This document shows, in pieces, positions 18,501 through 25,852 of a DNA stretch of 64,000 nucleotides (positions are counted from its first letter, which is position 1; every line of letters starts with the position of its first letter). Position numbers and translations under genes: made by a program. The notes below the pieces were generated by a model, which was not told the origin of the DNA, did no database searches, and saw only the letters and a list, made by a program, of their open reading frames with translations. The stretch comes from an uncultured Omnitrophica bacterium (GTDB lineage: Bacteria > Omnitrophota > Gorgyraeia > JACQQV01): assembly GCA_947085655.1 (NCBI GenBank), contig CAMTXH010000006.1, forward strand, positions 70,498 through 134,497. The letters are read 5' to 3'.

Positions 18501-21445
18501 TTAAAATCCTCAATTTCAGGCGGAGGAAGAAAAGGAAGATAAATGCCTGTCTCTTTATGTCGGGTTGAATAGGAACGGATCGCCTGAATGCCTTCATGGT
18601 ACACCGCGCGGTGGGAAGGGTGAGGGTCGTTTCTACTGTTTAGAAAAAAGACGACCTCTTTTCCCTTGAGGTTGCCTCCAAAATGGCCCATCAAGAAATC
18701 TTCGAGATGCGATTCCAAAAGCCGACCCCCCTCTTCAACGATTTGTGCATCGGACCAGTCAGGATGGGCCTTGTATAATTGGTGCCCGAGAAGGTTTGGC
18801 TCCGGAAGATCAAGAACCCTGCCGGACTTTATCTCCTCTTTAGCCCGGATGTCGGCAATGTCGCCCCGATCTTCCACTCCCGGTATGGCGGCGCCCGTAG
18901 AGGGAGAGAGAACAAAAATCCGGATCTTCACACCCGCCTTCGCTGCAAGGTGTGCCGTGGCACCCATGAGAACCGCCACATCATCCGGATGGGTGATAAT
19001 GGCGATGATCGGTGTCCCCTTCCTTCGCATCTCCTGGAACTTCCCGCTCCCCCAGATCAGAGGTCTGTTGGGAAGAAAACGATAGGTGCCTCCCTTCAGG
19101 TAGGCAAGCGGGAAGATTTCGGCATTCTGAACTCCAAGGTAGAGTCCGTTTTCCCTCCCCCGCGCCCGGGCCATCTCATCATAGGGCACGCGAAGCAGTT
19201 GGCTTTTGTGCGACTTAATTCCTTTCTCTTTGATGTCGGCTATGTTGTTGGTGTAAGGGACGATGATGCCCGGCTTGTCGAAGAGCTCGGAGGATTGATA
19301 AAAAACGCCCAGCGGAGACTCATTCCATTCCGAAACAGCCCGGCGGACGGCATTTTCAAGGGGAAAAAGATGAAGGGGTAAAAAAACAATGTCGAATGGA
19401 GAAGCCCGAATTTCTTTTTCGAGGGCCTCAAGTCCCTTTTGATCCTCTCCGAAAGCTACTTCCCTGGAAATTTGAAGATGTCGGAAATCATTTTTCCTTC
19501 CCCGAAGCCCGCTCAAAAAACTTCCTGCGTAAAAATCGGCATCCCGTTCGCCGATTTGTACCACCAGGGTCTTCATTCCCTCTGGAATAGGACTCTGATT
19601 GACATGGGGGAGTGTTTCGTCTTTAAAAAGAAACCTCGAGTTGGATTGAAGGAGATTCCGGATGCCTTCAAAGAATTCCCGTTTTCCCCCATCTTGTGCG
19701 CGACGACCGTCCAGTTCACCCCGGATAAGGCCTGTTGCGCCCCGTTTGAGCGCGGGGATTTGGCGCAGATTCTCCCCGGCCGGTCCCGCCTTCTCTTTCA
19801 GAATCTTATGATAAAGTTCAAGATCCGAGGCCTCCGTAATCTTCGGTGCAATCACCATATAGGACAAATTCTGTTCCTTCAAGAGTTTCGTAATCTGGGC
19901 GGTGTGGAATCCGCCTGCAATCAAGACGGCCAGGTCCACGCCTTCCTCCCGAACTTTACTGAGAGTATTGGCCACAAGGGCTTCATCCCGCTTCATCCCG
20001 ACTTTGTAGAAGGACTCGAGAAGTTCCAAATTGTCATCGATCACAGCAGTGTCCTGTGGAAAAGAGAGGGTTACATGATACTGATTCATTTTTTCAATCA
20101 GAAACGGCTTCCAAGTTTGTACGAGGAAGGTCTGGCGGTTTGCCTGATACGTCTCAAGGTCATCGGGTGAGAGATTGAGTTCCAGAAAGCTCAGGAGGAG
20201 ATCAAGACGGTCTGAAAGTTCAGAAAGTTCTTGTTCATCCGGCGAGGTGTAAAGATGGCTCTTAATTTCCTTTTCAAGAACGCGTCCTTCCCGGAAAAGT
20301 TCCACATGGTCCCGCCCGGCATAGAGAATGACATAATCGATGTACCGGTCCAGATCGCCGTGGGAACCGGGAGCCGGATCGTTTTTCTGGAGAACTTCCT
20401 TGAGAAACCCATAATACTCCCCGGGCCCTGTTTCGTTCATTTTATATTTGAGCCCCTTTTCGGCAAGAAGGGTAAGTTCCTCCTTGGAAAGAACCTGTGT
20501 CAACTTCCCGATGAGTGCCTGGTGCTGGCCGTCCACCTTTTCAAAATTGATGCTCTTCTCAAGGAGAGAGGCCTGCAGGAAATTGTCGAAATTGGGGTAT
20601 TGGAAAAGAGGGATGCTGTAACGCCGGGCCAGATCTCCCAAATACTGATAATATTCCACCGCCTGAATCTTCCCTTTGTCATATTCCTCTTTTTTCCGCT
20701 CAAGGGCTTTTATCTCCGGGGAGTAGATGTCGACTTTCAGAGTGTCTGCAATCGCCTCAAGCGCCCGGGCCTTTTCCAAGGATTTTGCCTTGATTCCATC
20801 CACTTTGAAGAAGATGCCCAAGTTCTGGTCGTAAAGCGCTTCATTCTCGATGCCCCAGAGGGTAATCGGTTTGTCCGAAACAATATCAAGGTATTCCTCC
20901 CCCGAAATTTTTCCGAGTTTCAGGTATTTCTCGGCAACCTCCAGACGCCTTTCCGGCGTCGCTTCGGTCCGCAAAAAGGAAAGGCTCGTATCTCCGCTTC
21001 CCCCCTCCACAAGAATCAGACGGAGACCATGCTCCTTGACGAGTTGGCCCAGGATGTTCGCGAGGTTTTTTTGCGCTTCATAATGGACATGAACATCCTG
21101 AATATGGATGATCAGGGGAAGGGGATTTCCTTCGTAGGTTTCGGAAATCCGGCCGTATTCCGGAGGGATCTGGATGGCCTGGGCGAGCGTCTTGGGACGC
21201 TCGCCGAGAAGCGTTAAAGGATCGACGGCCGGGGTAGACTTGACCGGTTTGATATCGGAGCGGGCGGTGACTGTCTCGGTCTTTGAATCGAACGCCTTTT
21301 TTTCCTCAACGGTCTGGAAGATGCTTTTCGCATGGAGAGGGACGTCGGAGAGGAAAAGGAAAGAAACGGCCAAACCCAAAAGCAAAAATCTTTGCCGCTT
21401 CCCTCTTCTAGTTGGTCGAAACGCCATTCCCTTTTCACCACCCAT
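12539..21445 (-). CDS. Giant (2968 aa) secreted modular protein: signal peptide, HIQDxH/GGFH domain, PIG-L deacetylase(s), HAD, three coiled coils, two left-handed beta-helix units, PP2C-like domain, C-terminal domain
   Basis: Uninterrupted 8.9-kb ORF; motifs HPDD..HPSH (PIG-L), DFEGT..GDD (HAD), hexapeptide repeats IDPTAIIGDQVEIEEEAIIGPEV, DGH..GD..DDG..DN (PP2C); alternative start at 21427. Confidence 0.9.
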   Translation of the reverse strand: MGGEKGMAFRPTRRGKRQRFLLLGLAVSFLFLSDVPLHAKSIFQTVEEKKAFDSKTETVTARSDIKPVKSTPAVDPLTLLGERPKTLAQAIQIPPEYGRISETYEGNPLPLIIHIQDVHVHYEAQKNLANILGQLVKEHGLRLILVEGGSGDTSLSFLRTEATPERRLEVAEKYLKLGKISGEEYLDIVSDKPITLWGIENEALYDQNLGIFFKVDGIKAKSLEKARALEAIADTLKVDIYSPEIKALERKKEEYDKGKIQAVEYYQYLGDLARRYSIPLFQYPNFDNFLQASLLEKSINFEKVDGQHQALIGKLTQVLSKEELTLLAEKGLKYKMNETGPGEYYGFLKEVLQKNDPAPGSHGDLDRYIDYVILYAGRDHVELFREGRVLEKEIKSHLYTSPDEQELSELSDRLDLLLSFLELNLSPDDLETYQANRQTFLVQTWKPFLIEKMNQYHVTLSFPQDTAVIDDNLELLESFYKVGMKRDEALVANTLSKVREEGVDLAVLIAGGFHTAQITKLLKEQNLSYMVIAPKITEASDLELYHKILKEKAGPAGENLRQIPALKRGATGLIRGELDGRRAQDGGKREFFEGIRNLLQSNSRFLFKDETLPHVNQSPIPEGMKTLVVQIGERDADFYAGSFLSGLRGRKNDFRHLQISREVAFGEDQKGLEALEKEIRASPFDIVFLPLHLFPLENAVRRAVSEWNESPLGVFYQSSELFDKPGIIVPYTNNIADIKEKGIKSHKSQLLRVPYDEMARARGRENGLYLGVQNAEIFPLAYLKGGTYRFLPNRPLIWGSGKFQEMRRKGTPIIAIITHPDDVAVLMGATAHLAAKAGVKIRIFVLSPSTGAAIPGVEDRGDIADIRAKEEIKSGRVLDLPEPNLLGHQLYKAHPDWSDAQIVEEGGRLLESHLEDFLMGHFGGNLKGKEVVFFLNSRNDPHPSHRAVYHEGIQAIRSYSTRHKETGIYLPFLPPPEIEDFNAIYPFETALEVRSGDPEIEKRAKAARYRARQMASIGMEIVMRGEGEKGGKGKIPPFHPPWAEAFRVEFLGERENAFDGSERVYAENDIFADFEGTVVSEEIPYREWVKKTGVDPAWVDEEHRRRLDEVRENPGEASWQAYLNMYARLLRTDDFEEMSKRYSLNPRFVEWVKAFKRRGGHEQVRLTILTRSFAPAARLFFEREDIRESLKALGVEVREVIGAEPEADENGLITGVLHTVYRKKPLIPEGHYFLGDDHETEEFGEGEEIHFANLTHWDPSAGTLTAPEGGSRMREIRNINTRIRALELEGEELRSKEITPEIEKRLWDIQEEIMELINERYDLTPDAEDGGNRVARVEAIITSLEELAREEKGGVAQNRLSAIRDERKQLFGEAGQLIEEEKKDAGNIDRIRELDDLRLRVANARDGLTGEARDGGYRGPRKYKKPKRYEAERYLHTRIKELRRSISSHESSFARLNPHERRSERGEELASALSDLRRQLRELRRSAKDGAYKILGDPRNIFGLERAGAIGDEVVFDAREGLIVILQGARITGRSYIQATKDHAVELGVDSAVDSSFVSGAVVGDRAIVSHAVLETTGKPGKFEDWSFDRKDFSGKREYTVSGSQTRVGPEARVNGARLVNTTVGLRTEIESGVYQNSEIGKENRLLHTKMTLVHTEDDVSIEGSHELPIEVSEAWLGHGYRLNAQAFIDSVLHRNRIVSLRFDGRRFHLRKTFNLPAIAHIGRNVVDSSYLGTLNPLKAHKHGLYEEFKEEEMIQIVPRDPKTLLPPIRIRGIDGSESSAHGYLLVDPLSILGPYLRWIALAGGQPSSDPLTLMANRNLTHATPFSMIGSPVRRKPAWDDWGVALPGAAKFGLSRKATSVPFLFTESPDTVFALMQEMIDALPDEKKPEVDDFPVEMLETGKALVEAELAEERAKFTDDQDPERIALLEKWREAYRLHIDSGAWRYQNGTKDSRWKFENGTWTHEALDLKRIASLEGISASDYRQTLFKDLPENDPKIPRDRVPDYEPILTEAHLPGTFEPTKGERRVNPLEEFGAIADIDPTAIIGDQVEIEEEAIIGPEVILEGKTVIRKGAQIFGSHLIDTVVGEETFIWGSRIKQAAIGKKENLVRMWIDSTDRNVSQLGDEVRLRMGRVENSFIGDRTEGSLFLSRFSNIGRDHLLEPYATVFRSHFDDSVAGVNRGIGALHVNVIASGLYTNHHLASRALNLIARPITFKVKGETKTVANAPNWGGGSTVILDRPDSTGRIILETTFIGTNTVFEVEDGKETHLGFGSIVAQRVKAGERLIHFTRKVGPGPENDIIGDVLLRLEVVLRHILSKTKSATKNPLDVDLLMEAKIQEALEQAQEELAMVRAGHTHHPELGHKLHTEAQLQKGIELFEENLDGRWRMENHRFVNGFWLFNGERYSWNVEHEFGVTDAVSGGKISYVADIGKGREGQESRVLVHPVRVGKVEGDLIAVIDGHRDEQAAHLIKQRLPSLFEAAVREHGENMMEVHRATDRALRKLTDQMESGATAAVAFIRKKGDQRKVSGFGRGDAWFMIADQGEIRLTTPEQNSALDEKGRNIVLSKGGIYHETLQAFERAEGVDPSWRFTNSYGDRKIRPYLREEAWFLEGELPLGDQSVVLAGDDGIAYDLNGQRRWLAEQIAGWADHGEPAKLILSRRNDRLSEETEVASHREWKDNRALVVYQPEPIRVRDGAERYVAKTPEWLTTYEPLHRRPVSPAMREASERLKETGEAFILVFPSSLLKEDMGESFSWALDRLARETGNSLNNEESVFKHVLLIEDPTVTMQEVENYLARFHLRRDQFYAVITYDILENYGDAKESARYQNDPPLQYRFQIEEFLWVNLLQDNLKLRLGENSNLVIVSSEDQMKAWERYLRAKRLRISNPGIRLVVFEPRKGGDDRYLNLAPLLVNTAAEFVSTADPQKALEDIKSFLTILTHKIYVDPVPVIPDYFEAYVDYLNKV

Positions 21446-21447
21446 CC

Positions 21448-22959
21448 TTAGAGTCTTCGGAGTGTTTCCCGGAATTTGCGGACTGCCTCAATCGCTTCCT
21501 CCTCGAATCCGGTGGAAAGGACCTCGACCGGAATGGTCCAGGTGAGTCCCTCCTCGATTCTCGCAATCAAGGCACTGTTTAGATGATCAAGGCCGACCTC
21601 CGTATCCTTGACCGGCAAATCAAACGTAAAAGCAACGGAATTCTCTCGCCCTTCAAATAGCCTGGCAACTTCCCTTCTGGCAAAAATCAGGTTTTTCCGT
21701 TCGGGGGAAGGGCCGCCTTTTTCCTCGAGTTTTTGCTGAATGTAGCTCTCAATGCCGGCCACTTCCGATAAACGTTCGGCCGGGACGAACATCCCAAAAT
21801 CCTCCGGTGTCAGGTCCACGGGAAGACCCGTCTTCTTTGAAGCAAACGCGTTCATCTCGTTGAAAAAGTTGCTTGTCTTTTCCGCATCCATGGCTTGAAG
21901 CACCCCCTCACGCGGGGTCAGCGGCAGGAAAGCGGTCACAATCCCGCTTCCGACTTTTCCGAAACGGGGTTCCTGCCGGACGCGTCTCCAGAGGGCTGCC
22001 CATGCATCGAAACTGTAATAGTAATAAGCGGGTTCGGACACCAAGACAACCGGTGCGTTAACCCTTTTCAACTGGTTTAAAATCACACCCGAAAGCGGGC
22101 TGTCCACCGTCGGAAAGAGCTTCGGACCGACATTTTCAAGTGCGGAAAGCCGCGCTTCGGCCTCGATAATTTGCTCTTGAAGAGCAGTCTCTTCTTCGGG
22201 ATGGGTCGCAAAATAATCCGAATTGATGCCGAGGGCTGTTTTGAAATCCCGCCGAAGTCTCTGCGCATCTTTGACCCGGTCGGAAAACGTGCTTCCGGCT
22301 CCTTTTCCATATAAAAGAAAGGGGGCGTCAATGTGACTTAATATTCTAACAGAAGCGGCAAGGTAGTCCGGGAGTTCTTTCTGGCGGGCCAAGAGAGCCC
22401 CTAAAACATCCTCCGGGATGGCTCGCCGCGTATCGACACGGACATGGACACGAATCAAATCGCCTGTTTCGGAACTGGAAATTTTGACTTCAACCGGCTT
22501 CCGGTCCGGAAGGGAACGCTCCCCTAACGCAAAAGTCACTTCGGAACTGGCAGTCTCAGGATGGGAACTCGACACGCGCCCCTCGAATATTCTTTGAAGC
22601 TGTGCCAACGTCAGCGCTTCTCTCTCTTTTAAGAGGCCCTGCCCCATGTACCGTTCCATGATATCCTCATAATCGGCTGAATCAACATGTCTTCTTCGTG
22701 CTTCACCGCTCAAGGGGACATTGGTTTCGCGATACCGTTTCTCCCGGTCATCCCCGAGACGGTTCGCGCCGTCCCGAAGGGAGAGGGCCTGTTCCGCGGC
22801 AATCAAATCATTTTGGAGATTCTGCATGAGGCCGCCGTCCTTCTCCGCCATGGGAGGCCGGTAATGATCCTCAGCCGGGGCACCCCAGGCCGGCATGACG
22901 GCAAAGAAAATTCCCGCGATCAGCATCGAAATCATTTTTTGAAGAAATGAGCGATTCAT
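21448..22959 (-). CDS. Secreted 503-aa protein with DGG linkers and a C-terminal domain shared with the upstream gene
   Basis: RBS AGGAGA, signal peptide, AEKDGGLMQNLQ, FGKVGSG...VDLTPEDFG...RETLRRL. Confidence 0.88.
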   Translation of the reverse strand: MNRSFLQKMISMLIAGIFFAVMPAWGAPAEDHYRPPMAEKDGGLMQNLQNDLIAAEQALSLRDGANRLGDDREKRYRETNVPLSGEARRRHVDSADYEDIMERYMGQGLLKEREALTLAQLQRIFEGRVSSSHPETASSEVTFALGERSLPDRKPVEVKISSSETGDLIRVHVRVDTRRAIPEDVLGALLARQKELPDYLAASVRILSHIDAPFLLYGKGAGSTFSDRVKDAQRLRRDFKTALGINSDYFATHPEEETALQEQIIEAEARLSALENVGPKLFPTVDSPLSGVILNQLKRVNAPVVLVSEPAYYYYSFDAWAALWRRVRQEPRFGKVGSGIVTAFLPLTPREGVLQAMDAEKTSNFFNEMNAFASKKTGLPVDLTPEDFGMFVPAERLSEVAGIESYIQQKLEEKGGPSPERKNLIFARREVARLFEGRENSVAFTFDLPVKDTEVGLDHLNSALIARIEEGLTWTIPVEVLSTGFEEEAIEAVRKFRETLRRL

Positions 22960-22980
22960 TGTTTCTCCTTTTTCTAAAGA

Positions 22981-25569
22981 TTATAAGTTGATGAGTGTCT
23001 CCCGGAGGGTCCGGAGGGCCGCCTCCGCATCTTCGGAAACAGTCCAGACTTTCGCCTCAATGAAAGTGCTCCGTCCGACCGCGAACGATAAAAGTTCCTC
23101 CAGATTCCGATATCCGACCTGATCCCCGACCTGATTCGATACAAACGGCGACTCAACGGTGAAGGCAACAAAGGAAGGAAGCGACGGAGCGAGTCTCTCG
23201 GCCACCTGCTTTCTGGCAAACATCCGGGTAAGAGGGCGTCCCGCTTCCTCCTGGATATGCCGGCTCGTTGCTTCGTGGTCCGAAAGGAGTGCCGGTGGAA
23301 CCACAACGCCGAAATCCTCAAGTGTCAGGTCCACATTCTTTCCGGTGTATCTTTTGGCAAATGCGCTCAGTATCTCAAGTGCTTTGGAGATCTTCTCCAA
23401 ATCAACACCCCTAAGGGCATCTCCCGGCTGATTAGAAATGGCGTATGGAAGAAGGGCTGAAATGACTCCGCTTCCTTTTTTCCCGAACTCTGGATCCTGC
23501 CTGCGATACCGCCAATAGTCCACGTAAAGGTCCGGATTAAAAGCAAAGTAAGCCAAGTCGTATCCCACAACAATGGGGTTATCCACATTCCTTGCCTGCG
23601 CCAAGACATTCGGTGAAAGGAGGTCGGATGTCAGAAAGATGTTGCGGCCGATCAGAAGATCGTCGCTCAAACGAGTCCCCCCGTCACCCGCTTGACCGGT
23701 CAGGTCGTTCCGTTCGTCTATCAAGTCTCTAATCTTCTGCTGTACCGCCGCAATTTTTGCCCTTTCGGGATCGGCTGCCGGGAGTGCGAGAAGTCTTTGT
23801 TCTTCTCTTCCCAGTTCGCCGATTTCGCGAATGACTTCGTCCAAATAATCCTCGCCTTCATCGTCCTCACGGACCCCCCCGTCGCGGACCGTGACAGCGG
23901 CAATCTCATCCTGAAGATTTTGCATGAGCCCGCCGTCTTTCTCGGCGGTTGGCTGGCGGAGTTGCCCCACGATTAAATGCGATTTTTCCTTCAAAATGGT
24001 GTAATAAAGTTCCGGATTTCCCGCTTCCGTGATTCGGGGCGAAATGACAATATGGGAAATACCCTGCTCTCTCAAAATCTGTGTCAGCCCCGGCGTATGA
24101 AATCCTCCTGTAATCAGGACGGCGAACGTGACTTTCTCCTTTTTCATTTCCCTCATCGAATTTTCAACAAATGCCACATCCCGCGCCTGCGCAATCCGGT
24201 AAAAGCGATCCATCGTCTTGAGATGCTCATCGACGCTGCCGACTTCCTGCGGAATGGCAATCTCCAAACGGTGTTCGTTGATTTTACCCTCCAGATAAGG
24301 GATAAATGTCTTGACGGAAAATCTCAGGCGGTTTTTCTGGTAAAGGGCGAAGTCATCCGGTGAAATTTTGAGCCGGAAAAGGCCCGAAAGAAGCCTCAGG
24401 TGTTTCGAAATGGCGGCGAGCTGCCTTTCGTCTTCGGAAGTAAAGAGTTTTTCCCGAACCGCCTGTTCCAGCCGGTCCCCCTCCTTGAAAAGTTCCGAGT
24501 GCTGGATATCCCCATATAAGGAAAGATAGCGGACATATTTTTCAAGATTCGGGTAATCTTCAAGGGCCACGCTCTTTTCGGAAGCCACATTCGCCACATG
24601 ACCGTAGTATCGTCGCTGGGAAACTTTCCCTTCCTGATAGGCGAGACTCTGACTCACCAATAGATCCAATTCCTCCTGCGTCAGGTCATCCGTCAATGTT
24701 TCGATGAGCCGGTTCCGCTCCTCGTCAACCTGTCCGAAATCAATGGCCTTCTCCAGTCGGTAGGCCTGAAGGAGTCGCTCCACGTTCGGATATCCCTCCG
24801 CCCCGCCGTAAGCGGCCAGGTATTCGTAATAGTCCACGAGTTCCATCTGTTCCGTCTCGTATGCCTCGCGCATCTTCTCAAGGTCGAGATGGGCGGAACT
24901 GTAAATGGTTTTTTTGAGTGTTTCCACCGCTTCCTGGAGGCGGTCGAGCTGGTCTAGTGCCACTTTTTTCAGTCGTTCGACCTCCAGAAAGACCCGGAAA
25001 TTCTCCTCGTAAAGCTCCGCGTCTTCAATCCCCTGCCGGATGATCGGATAATCGCTCACCAGTTCCAGATATTCGTCCCCCGCAATGAGTCCCTTCCGGA
25101 GATACCGTTCTGCCACCTCCGTCCGTGCCTCTTTTGAGCCGAGTTTCCGTAGCGAAGAAAGATCCCCCCGGATATCCCCCCCTTCCACAAGAATTAACTT
25201 CACGTCGTTGTTCCGGATGAGAGACTCCAGAATGGAAGCAAGGTTTTTCTGTGCTTCGTAGTGCACATGGGCATCTTGAATATGGATCAGAGTCTGTTCG
25301 GAGTTTCCTTCGTAGATATCGACGATCCGGCCGTAGGCCTCCGGGATTTGAATCTCACCTAATCCGAGGGAACGCAAAAGAAACGCTTCTTTTTGGGGAG
25401 AGGTTGTCTGAATCGGATCCGGCAGCACAGGTGCCACGACCCGCGCCTGCTGAAAGATGCTTCTCTCAGGCGGATCGGCCCATGCCATGGTTCCGGCACC
25501 GACTACACCGAGCACGATAAGAAGCAAAAGGCTCTTTTCTTTTATTAGCTTCTTCTTTATACCCTTCAC
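22981..25569 (-). CDS. Secreted 862-aa protein: HIQDAH/GGFH domain, DGG linkers, coiled coil and shared C-terminal domain
   Basis: N-terminal ~530 aa visibly homologous to the giant protein (IHIQDAHVHYEAQKNLA..LILVEGG..GGFHT); C-terminus homologous to the 503-aa protein. Confidence 0.9.
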   Translation of the reverse strand: MKGIKKKLIKEKSLLLLIVLGVVGAGTMAWADPPERSIFQQARVVAPVLPDPIQTTSPQKEAFLLRSLGLGEIQIPEAYGRIVDIYEGNSEQTLIHIQDAHVHYEAQKNLASILESLIRNNDVKLILVEGGDIRGDLSSLRKLGSKEARTEVAERYLRKGLIAGDEYLELVSDYPIIRQGIEDAELYEENFRVFLEVERLKKVALDQLDRLQEAVETLKKTIYSSAHLDLEKMREAYETEQMELVDYYEYLAAYGGAEGYPNVERLLQAYRLEKAIDFGQVDEERNRLIETLTDDLTQEELDLLVSQSLAYQEGKVSQRRYYGHVANVASEKSVALEDYPNLEKYVRYLSLYGDIQHSELFKEGDRLEQAVREKLFTSEDERQLAAISKHLRLLSGLFRLKISPDDFALYQKNRLRFSVKTFIPYLEGKINEHRLEIAIPQEVGSVDEHLKTMDRFYRIAQARDVAFVENSMREMKKEKVTFAVLITGGFHTPGLTQILREQGISHIVISPRITEAGNPELYYTILKEKSHLIVGQLRQPTAEKDGGLMQNLQDEIAAVTVRDGGVREDDEGEDYLDEVIREIGELGREEQRLLALPAADPERAKIAAVQQKIRDLIDERNDLTGQAGDGGTRLSDDLLIGRNIFLTSDLLSPNVLAQARNVDNPIVVGYDLAYFAFNPDLYVDYWRYRRQDPEFGKKGSGVISALLPYAISNQPGDALRGVDLEKISKALEILSAFAKRYTGKNVDLTLEDFGVVVPPALLSDHEATSRHIQEEAGRPLTRMFARKQVAERLAPSLPSFVAFTVESPFVSNQVGDQVGYRNLEELLSFAVGRSTFIEAKVWTVSEDAEAALRTLRETLINL

Positions 25570-25736
25570 TTTACACCATACACCTTACACCGTTTTATTG
25601 GGGTGGCGGGCGGAATAGGTTGGGAAGGATGGGGGTCCAGGCCCAAGCCCTATCCCACCTGCCATCCCAAAGGGATTGCAAGTTTATAAAAGTTCTGAAG
25701 AAACTGGTTAAAAAAAGAACCCCCGATCCTGGGAAA

Positions 25737-25765
25737 AGTATATCACACCCCAGGGGGGATGTCAA
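25737..25765 (-). promoter_or_regulatory. Near-consensus sigma70 promoter of the three-gene secreted-protein operon
   Basis: TTGACA-17 nt-TATACT with extended -10 TG. Confidence 0.8.
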
Positions 25766-25852
25766 GGTATGAAAGTCAACTTAAAAAAACATGTAACGTG
25801 TTTAAAACTAAATAGTTAAGTAAATTTAAAAACGACATTTTGTCTCGATTAA

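Noticed and set aside
12517-25569. Prophage or integrative island defined by the tRNA-Leu 3' duplication
   Set aside because: The duplication encloses only ~140 bp. I saw no distal att copy, integrase or phage gene around the giant-gene operon.
25598-25670. Hairpin as SRP (4.5S) RNA
   Set aside because: It lacks the conserved CAGG-x-GNRA-x-AGCA domain IV motif.
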